64,000 nt of DNA. Source: Schmidtea polychroa (taxonomy: Eukaryota). A program made the position numbers and the translations under genes. The first letter of the stretch is position 1. Every line of letters starts with the position of its first letter. Where the stretch lies: assembly GCA_044892525.1 (NCBI GenBank), contig CM097885.1, positions 72,416,001 to 72,480,000 of the forward strand, read 5' to 3'. The notes under the pieces were generated by a model, which had not been told where the DNA came from, searched no databases, and was given only the letters and a program-made list of their open reading frames with translations. Positions 37,155 to 48,386 of the stretch are shown piece by piece.

Positions 37155-37964
37155 ATGGATGTACGAAGTCCAATAATTTGGAAACCAATTTTAAATAGAC
37201 ATAAGAGTAAATTTAATAATAAAGTATTTCCTGATAATTTTAGATTATTAATTGTTGGTTCTTCTGGATGTGGAAAGAATGTACTTGTTTTGAAAATGTT
37301 GCTTGAAGATGATTTTTTAGATTATAATAATTTTATCTTTTACTCTACAACCATAAATCAACCAGAATTACAACTTTTGAAATGTGGATTTGAAAATAAA
37401 TTAACTAAAAAAGCTATAATTGATATTTTTAAAAATCAACATAGATGTCCTGAAGAAGTTTTTCAACCTTGTGATATGGTTGATTGGTATAAGGAAAAGA
37501 TTTTAGAATCAGATATTAGTAATAAAAATGATTATATTTGTGAAGATCAGGGGCAGGAGGCAATTCAAGTTTTATTCTCTAATAAACCTGAAGATGTTTT
37601 ACATTGTGATTTACTTCCTAAAGATAAAAAGAATCTAGTTATATTTGATGATGTTGTCAACATGAAAAATCAAGAGATTCAAAAGAGTTACTTTACACGA
37701 GGTCGACATAATAATTGTAATGTTATTTATATATCTCAAACTTATTATGCTTTAGATAAAAACTCTATAAGAAATAATTCTAATTGTTTTATATTTTTTA
37801 AATTAGATCGCCGTGATAAGAATATGATTTATAATGACTTATTTTCAAATGTTGAACCTGATAAGAATATGTTTGATATGTTTGTTGATAATCATTGGAA
37901 AGAAAAATATAATTATATTTATTTGGATAGAGAAGAAGCTGAAATATGGAAAAGTTTGTTTTAG
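37155..37964 (+). CDS. A32/FtsK-like genome packaging ATPase
   Basis: Walker A GSSGCGKN, Walker B LVIFDD, RGRHNN..YISQ motif; ATG at 37155 in AAAATG context. Confidence 0.95.
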   Translation: MDVRSPIIWKPILNRHKSKFNNKVFPDNFRLLIVGSSGCGKNVLVLKMLLEDDFLDYNNFIFYSTTINQPELQLLKCGFENKLTKKAIIDIFKNQHRCPEEVFQPCDMVDWYKEKILESDISNKNDYICEDQGQEAIQVLFSNKPEDVLHCDLLPKDKKNLVIFDDVVNMKNQEIQKSYFTRGRHNNCNVIYISQTYYALDKNSIRNNSNCFIFFKLDRRDKNMIYNDLFSNVEPDKNMFDMFVDNHWKEKYNYIYLDREEAEIWKSLF

Positions 37965-37975
37965 GGCTTGTCGAC

Positions 37976-39340
37976 TTAAAAATCTGTTTTCTGTAACTCA
38001 TTATTATAAAATCTACCTAATATTTTTTCATTATTTAAATCAATGATGCTATATGTTATTGGAGTTGTATAATTTATTTTATTTATAATAAAAATTTCAT
38101 TTGTCCATTTTGCTGTGCATCCTTTTTCAAATTTATTTTTGTATTTAAATATTCTTACTCGGTCACCAATTTTAAACTTTGGTTTTTCAATAACATCATT
38201 TTCAATATTTACCACTTTAATGGTTTCAGGATTTATGGAAGCATTTAAAGGTGTTGATTTTATAGAACTATGTACATCATTATTATATTCATTTACAATC
38301 TTTTGTAACAATTCATTGTTCCATTTTTGTTTTCCAATAGCAGTAAAATATTTCCACATTTTATTTTTTAATGTTCTATTTAATCTTTCAACTACGACTG
38401 CTTTTCCTTCGTTTTCTGTTGAATATAATTTAATATCATTTTCATTTAAAAACTTTGTAAAAACTTTGTTATAAAATTCTGTTCCTTTATCACACCATAA
38501 ATATTTTGGAATTCTTTGATGTTGTTCAAATATATTTTCAAATGCTTCTGTAATAGAAAATCCTGTTTTATTTTCTAAACATCTTGCAAAAGCAAATCTT
38601 GTATATAAATCTATTACTGTTAAAATTATTTTATATTTTTCAGGGTCTGATGATTTGGTTGGCATAAAGACTAAATCTGCAGACCATGTTTGATCTTTTT
38701 CATGTACTTGAACTTTTAAATATTTTTTATTTTTTCTAAATTCATGGTGTAATTCATTAGCATATTTTATTTCTGATTCTATTGGGGTTAATAAACTAGT
38801 CTTGGATATATTCTCGAGGGATCTTTCAGCATCTGCTTGTTCAATAATCTTTTTATTAGCAACATCTTTTGCCATCCTTGGTAAACTAGCACCTATGAAA
38901 ATCTTACCTTTCATGGCTAATTTAACTAGAGCTCTTTGAATCTTTTCTTGGGTTGATGGATTTTGGATACTATTTAAATCATGTATTAAATTCACATCTG
39001 CAACATGTCTATCTCTAAGATCTTCTGAGTTGTAAGCAATATCATGTTTTAAAGCTGCTTGATCAATTCTATTTATTGGTTCTTCTCCTTGTTTAGGATT
39101 ATTATTTTCATCTAATCTAATATCTAATCTTGTTCCTGGTCCAGTATAGTTGTGTTTAAATAAATGTCTTTCACCTGGATATTTTTCTGTAGTAAAAGGT
39201 TTTAATATTGAAGATATTGTTTTTGAAGATTGTAGATCACCTCCTGTATGTTTTTTAGTTTTTAAATGACTTGCTTTATGGTGTTTTGTAACTTGACAAT
39301 TACAAGTTTCGCATCTCCAATAGGGTTTATTTAAAGACAT
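37976..39340 (-). CDS. zinc finger - PLA2 - retroviral-like DDE integrase fusion (454 aa)
   Basis: CETC..H..H finger; YTGPGT, AALKHDIAY and HVAD (PLA2); WSAD (D222), WCD (D284), VVER (E318); SH3-like FKIGDRVRI tail; no chromodomain. Confidence 0.93.
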   Translation of the reverse strand: MSLNKPYWRCETCNCQVTKHHKASHLKTKKHTGGDLQSSKTISSILKPFTTEKYPGERHLFKHNYTGPGTRLDIRLDENNNPKQGEEPINRIDQAALKHDIAYNSEDLRDRHVADVNLIHDLNSIQNPSTQEKIQRALVKLAMKGKIFIGASLPRMAKDVANKKIIEQADAERSLENISKTSLLTPIESEIKYANELHHEFRKNKKYLKVQVHEKDQTWSADLVFMPTKSSDPEKYKIILTVIDLYTRFAFARCLENKTGFSITEAFENIFEQHQRIPKYLWCDKGTEFYNKVFTKFLNENDIKLYSTENEGKAVVVERLNRTLKNKMWKYFTAIGKQKWNNELLQKIVNEYNNDVHSSIKSTPLNASINPETIKVVNIENDVIEKPKFKIGDRVRIFKYKNKFEKGCTAKWTNEIFIINKINYTTPITYSIIDLNNEKILGRFYNNELQKTDF

Positions 39341-39357
39341 TTTAAAATGTTAAAATA

Positions 39358-40650
39358 TTAAGAATCTCCCCTAACATTTTCGATTATTGAAATCTTTCCA
39401 CCATATAATTTCATTTCTATTTTCTTTTCTTCTAATATTAATGTATATACTTTAGCTTTAAAATTAGAATCCTTTGTTATATGAAGTGTAACATCAACAT
39501 TATTTATGGCTAGGCGATCATCTTGGTCTGAAACATTTATACAAAATATAGAATATAAATTTTTGAAATCTTCTAAACTTAATTGCGGTTCAACTTTGAA
39601 ATCATAACATGTTTCAATATAATTTAGATATGGGAATATGTTTTCATTATTTTCAATATTAAATTCCATTCTATTTATTGGATAATAAGAACTATTTAAT
39701 TGAATTTGGATTGTTTTTAAATTATCAACTCCAATCTTTTGAATAAACAAGTTGTTATTTTTTTGGAAAGATGAATCTACTTCTTTGAATCCAATCAAGA
39801 TATATCTTGGTCGGTATGCTAAATTTGCTACCTTTATAGAATATGTTGAACCCTCTGTCATACTAAATTCACTACAGATTCTATTTAAATAATTTACATT
39901 TATAGACTTGTTGGAATTTAATCTTTCAAGGAGTTTGATTTCGGAATGTGGATTTAATGTCCATTCAGGTATATGCAATTCAAGTGTTGATATTTTTAAT
40001 TTAGCTGTTGTATCTGCAGCTCCATAGAACAATCTTTTATCACCTTCTACTCTATTACAAACTAATTCTATAAAAACATTATGAAGTATACGGTTATAGT
40101 TTTGAATGAATCCAAATAAGTGTTTTAATTTAAAATAACCTTCAAATTTTTTAGATTTATAAAGTTCAGCTCTTTTATAGTAACCATAATTTATATCTAA
40201 ACCATCTTTATCCAAATCTCCTTTATTAACATCAGGAATCCAGCCTGTTAATTCACCATATTCATTTTTATAATCACAACCAGTCAAAATAAAATTTAAC
40301 ATTGTAGAATATACTCCCGGATGCAAAACAGTTTCAATTTCTGATGATCCTAGTTTTAATCTCATGTTGGAGAATAAATTTGGAAAGAAATTCTTTTCTA
40401 GGGTTATATCTTTGTTTGCTTCAATTTCTAATTCGATTTTATAATATAATTTGGCATTACAAATATCTATTGGGTTTGATGTTTGAAGAGATTGAAAAAC
40501 TATATCACCCCTACGATTTAAGTTTGCAATAGATCCTGAAGTTGGGGATATTTTAAGTACATCATTTTTTTTGATTTCATGAGTAAATTCTTTATTATAA
40601 TCAAGATTTAATTTATTTTTTTCTTGAATTTTAAGATTTATATTATTCAT
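39358..40650 (-). CDS. major capsid protein (double jelly roll, 430 aa)
   Basis: Size and position, beta-rich composition, LFSNMRLKLGSSEIE, RPRYILIGF, QIQLNSSYYP and LYSIFCINVS segments typical of Polinton MCP. Confidence 0.88.
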   Translation of the reverse strand: MNNINLKIQEKNKLNLDYNKEFTHEIKKNDVLKISPTSGSIANLNRRGDIVFQSLQTSNPIDICNAKLYYKIELEIEANKDITLEKNFFPNLFSNMRLKLGSSEIETVLHPGVYSTMLNFILTGCDYKNEYGELTGWIPDVNKGDLDKDGLDINYGYYKRAELYKSKKFEGYFKLKHLFGFIQNYNRILHNVFIELVCNRVEGDKRLFYGAADTTAKLKISTLELHIPEWTLNPHSEIKLLERLNSNKSINVNYLNRICSEFSMTEGSTYSIKVANLAYRPRYILIGFKEVDSSFQKNNNLFIQKIGVDNLKTIQIQLNSSYYPINRMEFNIENNENIFPYLNYIETCYDFKVEPQLSLEDFKNLYSIFCINVSDQDDRLAINNVDVTLHITKDSNFKAKVYTLILEEKKIEMKLYGGKISIIENVRGDS

Positions 40651-40690
40651 TTTTATAATAAAAATTTAAAAAATGACAAAAATCTGAAAC

Positions 40691-40769
40691 CTGATAGCGC
40701 AGTGGGCTAGACTGGCACAGTGGTTCAAATGGATAGTGGTTCAAATCCTAACTGTGGTTAGTTTTTTTT
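40691..40769 (+). ncRNA. tRNA-like Pol III unit in right TIR
   Basis: TAGCGCAGTGG (40695), GGTTCAAATGG, GGTTCAAATCC, then T-run from 40762. Confidence 0.55.
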
Positions 40770-41600
40770 CAACATAAAATAATATTAAAAATTTGAAAAT
40801 AATAGTGTCAGTATCTTAGATTTATAAAGTAGTTGTATATTTTATTTATTTTATTTATTTTATTAATTAATTAATTTTTAAACATAAATATGAAAAAAAA
40901 AAATATTGAAACGGGTGTGGTGGCGAACCGGTAATTATCGCCACCAGTCTTTCGAACACCCCCGGATCGATTCTATAATGTGCACATTTATTTTTCAGTT
41001 GTTTTCGAACCTCTTTCGGATTCACTTTCGAATTCATTTGTACTTTCGAGCAGCACGCTTAAAACGCCGATGAAATCGTATTCGAGGGAGAAGCGAATAA
41101 TAAGGTGTGCTGCTATTATCGGATTGATTCTGATGTATGAGTCTGGCCAGCTTGTATATTAGAAGAGATTTGATAAACGAAAGAGGTTGAAATGATCCGG
41201 ATCAAAAAAACCGTTGAGGGGACAGTGAAAAAAAAAAATACCACTCTCTTCTCAGAGCAGTTTTACTATTTTTCATTTATTTTTTAATTTATATAATTTA
41301 AAATCAATAATCTGATAAAGATCAACTCCGGAGTTTGATTGCGATCAAAAGTAGTGTGTATATAGCCCTATCCCAAATAGCCCTCTAACTTTTTCATAAT
41401 GCCATTTTCTTTTCTATTCTCTTTTTAGTTTGAAGCTTTTGAGTTTGAGGCTTTAAAGATTAAGGGTGGTTGTTTTCAAAAATATAGGGTTAAAATACTA
41501 TAAATGTATAAGTTTTGGGTTGTTTTCTAATGGTTTAAGCGTAATGGAGGTATGTTTTTGTTGGGAGGGTTGTGTTGGTTGGGTATATATACACACTACT
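40691..41600 (-). repeat. right terminal inverted repeat (~910 bp)
   Basis: Reverse complement of the left TIR, with extra segment 40941-41055. Confidence 0.95.
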
Positions 41601-41633
41601 GTAGCCCCTTGATCTTTTTCCGACTTGTAAAAC
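41601..41633 (-). mobile_element. TSD plus upstream continuation of gypsy element 1 (runs into N gap)
   Basis: Removing the Maverick and one TSD restores an open frame FTSRKKIKGLHTCGLGCGPKNCKYVRLL. Confidence 0.7.
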
Positions 41634-42155
41634 NNNNNNNNNNNNNNNNNNNNNNNNNNNNNNNNNNNNNNNNNNNNNNNNNNNNNNNNNNNNNNNNNNN
41701 NNNNNNNNNNNNNNNNNNNNNNNNNNNNNNNNNNNNNNNNNNNNNNNNNNNNNNNNNNNNNNNNNNNNNNNNNNNNNNNNNNNNNNNNNNNNNNNNNNNN
41801 NNNNNNNNNNNNNNNNNNNNNNNNNNNNNNNNNNNNNNNNNNNNNTTAAAAATATAAATTTCAAATTTGAAAATTCAGTAAAATAGAGGACAAGTTGAAT
41901 TTTTTCAAGTAATTATTCGCATATTTTATGTAGGAATAATAAAGCAGAGTCAGGGAAAACAGTTAGATCATTCAGATTATGAAAATTGAAATCCCTTGAC
42001 AATTGTAGAAACGTCTAATTTATCTCAATTCATATTTTACAAATTTTTCAGTAATTTTTTTGGATATAAATTAAAAATTAAAATTAAAAATATATATTTT
42101 TAGTAATTGTTTAAAAAAGTGTTAATAATCGATTTTTTGGTGCAATCAACTTTTT

Positions 42156-42615
42156 GATTTGACAGTGATTTTCATAGAATTCTCACTGATGCCTTTGTGT
42201 AATCTGTCATTCCATCTTCCAAAAAAGTATAAAAGCCAACCAAGTGACAATCATGACGATACTCACAAAGATTCATATTCATCTGATCACAAAGTCAATT
42301 CAGAATACACTCTACATAGGTCGTCTCTTCTCCACGAAATTGGGATGTATTTGCATTATATCAGCATATGTATTCTTGTGGTTTTCATGGTAGAGTTGAT
42401 CTTGCGGATTTTGTGCATTGGGGAAAGATTTTTCAAGAAAAAAGTTGAAGTAAATGTTTACTTGTATTAATGATCACAGCTAACCATTTAGATGTTTGAT
42501 GGGACGATCATTGTTACATCGTTTATGGCCGATATCATATTTGTTCAATTGAAATCTGATCAAATCTCAGTAATGGTCGTATTCTTGCTATGGAGAATTG
42601 TCAGATTGATCAATG
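42156..42615 (+). CDS. HVCN1: voltage-gated proton channel Hv1-like, S1-S4 exons (42-nt intron 42450-42491)
   Basis: S1 D-x6-E (DLTVIFIE), S2 HYISICILVVFMVELILRI, FFKKKVE|MFDGTIIVTSFMADI (S3) and LWRIVRLING (S4). The GT-AG phase-0 intron joins the frames. First and last exons unresolved. Confidence 0.8.
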
Positions 42616-43308
42616 GTAATTATATATTCCCTTTTGCCAGTTGCGATAGTTATAAATGCGGTCAAATTATAACCTTTAGCGCGCTACCGGACATAATAGT
42701 TTTTTACAATTCATCTTTTTCAATAATAATATCTCATCTCAAATAATTTGGTTGCCAAATATAATGGCTTCAATCATGAAATAGTTCTTTTCAATTTAAT
42801 ACGAAATCTAACTGATGTTGTAATCTTTCCGTTGTATATCTTTCTCTCGCGGTTTATTTGCAGTAAAATCTTACAACCTTTATTTCTTTTTGGTAATAAT
42901 AGTCAAATATTTATTAAAGAAAAAGCTCAATACATACTGATGGGGTGTTATATCTTCATGTCTGCCCTTTTAACGATGCTGGCATCACTAAGAAACTATG
43001 AATATTTATTTTTAAAATGCTTAATTCATGCACATTCTTGAAAATTTGAAACATAGCTGAATAAATGTAAATTTGTTTTTGGATTTTTAATTTTAAATAT
43101 TAAAATTAAATTTTTAAAATATGATTTCTCTAGAATTTTTAATTTAAATTAATTCATCAAGAACAACAAAAAGGTAAAAAAAATTTAATTTGAAAAATAA
43201 TACTATCATCTGGGTTTTGACTAGATGGAAAAGGATGGTTTCATAATCGAAAATTCTCAATTGTAAAGATTTGCAGTGAATATTTACAATTCTTATTCAT
43301 TTACAATA

Positions 43309-43697
43309 CATCAATCTCTCGCTTAACGAATTAATTCGTTCCCAAAAAATTGAACGTAAATCGAAATTTCGTTAAGTTAATTTTTATTTTAATTATCGGT
43401 AATATAAACCAAGAATTCTGATTAAAAACGGTAATTTATAAATTAAAAAATCTAATGAATTCATATCATTGAAGGAAACATTCGTAATTCAAAAACAGAA
43501 ATAATATGTATGTATTTTATTCATTTATAAAAAAAATATATCTATTACATAAATAATTCAAGGAACATTAAACATGTAATTAACTTAGTAAATTTCGTAA
43601 ATCGAATTTTTTTTCGTAAGCAAAGACTGAATTTTTTTCTAAATTACGTTATAGCGAAACTTCGTAAAAAGAGACTTCGTAAAGCGAAGGATTGGTG
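43309..43697. mobile_element. Tc1/mariner (pogo-type) MITE, 389 bp
   Basis: TA|CATCAATCTCTCGCTTAACGAA ... TTCGTAAAGCGAAGGATTGGTG|TA; 18/22 TIR match; TA TSD. Confidence 0.7.
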
Positions 43698-44798
43698 TAT
43701 TATGCTACCAAAATACTATGAATATTTATAAAGATATCAGTATAATTGTAGTATGAATTTTAAATTCTTTAAATAAAATCAAATAAAATTCAATAAATTC
43801 CAAATAAAATAACCTATTTAGGAATTATTAAAAATTTATTTAATAAAATAATTATAAAAAAGCGCTACTCAACATTCGTTTAACGATATTTTTCGACAAT
43901 TTCCCTCGCATCATCAAGTAGAATAGAAAATTATTATTATTATTAGTGAGTGTAAATTGTGTTTGGAAAGAAATGTGTAGAGCCCAGCCGAGTCTCCTTT
44001 AAAAAATATACTGTCTCGGGACACCTGGGGTGATTGTGTGTTAGCTGAAATTGCTTTTACAATAAAAATAAATATTCAATTAACAAGTAAAATAACCACA
44101 ATAAAAATTAATTTAACTCTTGTAACGTTTATTCAATGATAAGAAAAAATTTACAAACCTCTACGAAACCTTGAGGGGATTGAATGTAGTAATAGTTTAT
44201 CTTGGAATTGAATTGACATTTGTTGTTGATAATTGTTGACAAGGTTAAAAATTAATTTTCAGCCTTTTATCCGCAAATAATTAACTGATTTGCTCTTATC
44301 CAAGGGATAGGCATTAGTAAAATAGAAATTGTGGAATTGAAAATGTAAAAGACAAAGTTTTCATATAACAACAATAGTTATTTAATATTAATTTTTTTTA
44401 ATTATTTTTTAAATTAACAATTCTCTATAGTAATAATTTACTATAGAGAATTACCCTATATAGTTTAATATATATTTTATACATAGTAAACACCAGTAAC
44501 AAAACAGTAATAAATCCTAATTAAAAATAAAAAGTTAACACCACACTATAAATTTTATTGACAAATTTTATTAAATTTTCTTTTTTAAAAAAAATATTTT
44601 TAACATTTTAATTTAAATAATAAATCAATTTTCAATTTAAAATATTTTGAAATATTTTAATCATAATTTTTTGATAAAAATTATATTAAAATTAAATTAA
44701 AATAAAACACTAAATTACGAAACCAAGCAATTTGACGGATTTCAAAATTTTCAAAAATCGAAATAAATTATGAAAAATGTTTATCTATGTTCGTAATA

Positions 44799-47129
44799 CA
44801 CCTATCCCCCGATTTACACGGTAGATACGTTCCTGAGAAAAACGTGTAAATCGAAAATATAAAATTTTCAAGTCAAAACCGTGTAAATCGAAAAGCTTGC
44901 AGAAAATGCATAATTTTGCTATTTAACAGTTGTGATTTTTTTCAATATTTTTAGGTGTACACAGAAATAAAAATAAAATGCATTGACAGATTAAAATATG
45001 TAATATATTACGGAAACACTGTTTTTTTATTTAATTACAATACATTAAACAGAAGAACAAAAAATAAAACCAATGGTATTTTATTATCCTTCATCACTAT
45101 CAGAAATTACTCTCATTCTTTTTTTTTGAATCGAAGGTTGGAATTCATTTTCATCACTCGAAGTTATTTGCGCCGATTCGATGTTTGAAGCAGAAATATT
45201 TACATTCTGAGAGGTGGTAATAAAATCGGTTATTAACAATTGCTTCGAATTTTTTGTAAGATCTTTGTAAACTTCTTCATATTGAGCCAAGCAGCGATTT
45301 ATGTCACGTTGAAATCGTAAAGCCCTTTCTACGTTTGTGTCATTTTGTATAAAATGATTACCCAGCTTTCTTCCCAATGCGAGTCCTTCGCGGATGACTT
45401 TAGCAGTGAATGTTACTGGTACTAATTCCTCTTCATCAGATTTTTCAGACTCACTTTCGCAAACTAAGTTAACTAAATCATCCTCACTTAGTTCTTTATC
45501 AACCATTAACTCTGCGATATCATCATCAGTAAAATCATCAAAACCTTCTACGCCCAATGAATGCGCCATCTGTACTATCTGCGAATATTCATCATTTAAC
45601 GTTGAAATGGAATGTTCATTTTTGACTACATTTGGCTACAATTTTTTCCAACAGCTATTGAGCGTTGTTTGCTTAATCGCAGTGTATGATAAGGCGATAT
45701 GCTTCACACAATCTAATATTGTAAAATTTTTCCAAGCACTAATAACTGTTAAAGATTCATTTTTCTCCATTTGTTCCAAAATATATGTAAAGGCTCGTTT
45801 TATGTACAAAGCTTTAAAAGTAGAAATTATGCCTTGGTCCAATGGTTGTAATAATGAAGTTGTATTTTTTGGTAAAAATTTTACTTCAACATTCTCATAT
45901 TCTAAATCTTGTGGGTGACCCGGCGCATTGTCAATTAACAAAAGCACTTTAAAAGGCAATCCCTTTGAACCTAAATATTTTTTGGCATCTGGGATAAAAC
46001 ATTCATGAAACCATTCAGTAAACATTGCAGCAGTAACCCACGCTTTCTTATTAGCCCTCCAATAAACGGGAAGATTTTTGATGTTTACTCCTTTAAAGGC
46101 ACGGGGCATTTTTGATTTGTTAATCACTAATGGTTTCATAATATAATCGCTAATATAATATCATAATATAATTGCTACAGAAAAGAATTGTTATGCGATC
46201 TTTTGCTGCTTTATGACCACTAGCCGATTTATAAAATTTTGAGACATAAGTCCTTTCAGGCATTTTTTTCCAGAATAACCCTGACTCATCAGCATTGAAA
46301 ACCTGATCAGGGGTGTATGAATTGTCGTTAATAATTTCTCCAAAATTTGCTGGATATTCTTGAGCTGCATCTACGTCGCCAGAAGCCAGTTCACCTTTTA
46401 ATTTTAAGCTGTGTAAAGAATGTCTTATTTTAAATCTTTCAAACCAGCCATGACTTGCCAAAAAATTTGGCTTCTTTTCAGTTGAAGAAGAAGATGGTAA
46501 TTGCTCTACAATCTTTTCGTAAATTCGTACTGCTTTATTTGTTATAGCGGCCGTATCAATGGGTACTCTTTTTTGTGTTTGATCTTCTATCCAAAGCATT
46601 AACGCTTTCTCCATTTTTTCCATTGCGATATTTCTGGTGTATGATGTTGTGCCCATACTCGTGGTATTGCCAGCTGCAACACTCTTTCTAATTGTGTTTT
46701 CATTTGTTCTAATGGTTCTTATTGTAGCTTCGTTCATGCTATATGATTTTGCAACATCTACTACTCTATCTCCCTTTCGTAAGCGATCCAAAATTTCGAT
46801 TTTAGTTTCTAAAGAAATAACTTTTCTTTTAACTTCTTTCGACATTATAAGCCTATAATTTTTTTTAATTTATGTTAATTTATAATATGTAATCTAAATT
46901 ATGCACTCACTTTAAACTTTAAAACTTTAATTTTATGCGAAGAAATACAGACACAGTGTGCATGTGCAGCAAGTCAGCACATAAGCTCAGGATTCCCTGT
47001 GAGATGTGTACACAGCGCACGTGTTCAAACACAGTAGCATTTAGTAGAGTGCGATAAATAAATTATTTGGAAAACCGTGTAAAAGCGAAAACGTGTAAAA
47101 CAAGTACCGTGTAAATCGGGGGATAGGTG
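44799..47129 (-). mobile_element. Tigger/pogo DNA transposon, full length, disrupted transposase
   Basis: 25-bp TIR CACCTATCCCCCGATTTACACGGTA, TA TSD, subterminal CGTGTAAATCGAAAA repeats. CENP-B HTH, VFNADESGLFWK, LLIDNAPGH and LQPLDQG are split over three ORFs (46150-46845, 45636-46139, 45084-45569). Confidence 0.95.
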
Positions 47130-48386
47130 TAATAACATTTTTCAATTAATTTTGCTTTAAAATTCGCATTTAATGTATTAGTCAATATAACGAGTTCAGT
47201 GAAAATAAGTATGCAGTTTTGTCCGTAAATCTACTGTTAAAAAGAAAATAATTATTCGAAAAAAGATAAAACGAACTAAATTCACGAAAAAACAATAATT
47301 TGAATAAAAGGAATAAGAATGTATCACTAAAATCGTTGATGCCGTATAACGGCGATGTACTAGACATTGATTTGTCCATGAATTCTGTGAAGAGTAAATG
47401 AACTCAAATCCCATTTATCAATTGTAAGCTCAAATAGTGATTTTTTTACTTAAATTTTAAAATAAAAAATTAAACCAGCAAAATTGTATGAAAAATAAAA
47501 TCCGTCAATAATGGAGACAGGAAATTTTTTATTATAAGATTTATATAAAAATCTCAACGGCGTTTTTATTTCCAATATATGTGATGATAAATTTGAATAA
47601 AAAAATATTTTTTAATTAAATTTAATTTCTTTTTTTTGTTTTGATTATTAATTTTACGACTGGGCGCTGATAAAGTAATCTAGAAAGAGTGGTAAAGTAG
47701 AAAATAAAATAATTTATTAATAAACATAGTTAATTACAAATACGAATATTAATTAAATTTTTTTATATTAAACATCGTAGAATAATCGTTAATTTTTTGG
47801 TTTTTTATTTCTTTTATATTATTTTATATTTCTCATAACATTTTCAAGTTTTTGAACAACTCAGTGTTGAAAATTCGTGAAATAAATAAAACAAAATATT
47901 TGTCGATAATTCGAAAAGGAATGAAGTTGAAGGAAATAGAAAATAGGTAATTGATGAAAAAAGATAAAAAATTAATTTACCGGTAATATTTAATTTTCAA
48001 ATTAAATTGTTAAATCTGGGAAATTAAAAATTTTTTTTTTCAAATTTCACCACTGATTTCTTTTCCATTGACATTGTATTTATAAAAAGCTTGACTATGA
48101 ATCAATAAATATAGATATCGATGATTTTGATATTCACGAATTTTCGGCACTGCCTTTTTCAAGCCACTTAAAAAAATTCACTGATTTACTGATTCAAGCT
48201 TTTTAATAAATATTTAAAAAAATTTTATTAAAGTTTACTATCCATATAAATTGAGAATGCACTCTTGTACATGTGATATATAATCAGTCGTCGATTATGA
48301 CTTATTATTTGGCATGTAAATAAATAAAGGCTTTTTTATAAAATCTATTGTCAAAAAAGGATATCAAACAAAAAATAACACTAGGT

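Larger units (their letters stand above)
27427..41600. mobile_element. Maverick/Polinton (polintovirus-type endogenous virus), 14174 bp
   Basis: AGTAGTGTGTATATA termini, long TIRs, 6-bp TSD, and genes for pPolB, integrase, ATPase, protease, MCP and mCP. Confidence 0.98.

Noticed and set aside
29060-40650. Short antisense ORFs over Maverick genes (e.g. 30244-30435, 38115-38474, 40344-40532)
   Set aside because: Shadow frames of long coding sequences with no motifs.
40950-41050. TTCGAA repeats as heat-shock elements
   Set aside because: They lack the nGAAnnTTCn spacing.
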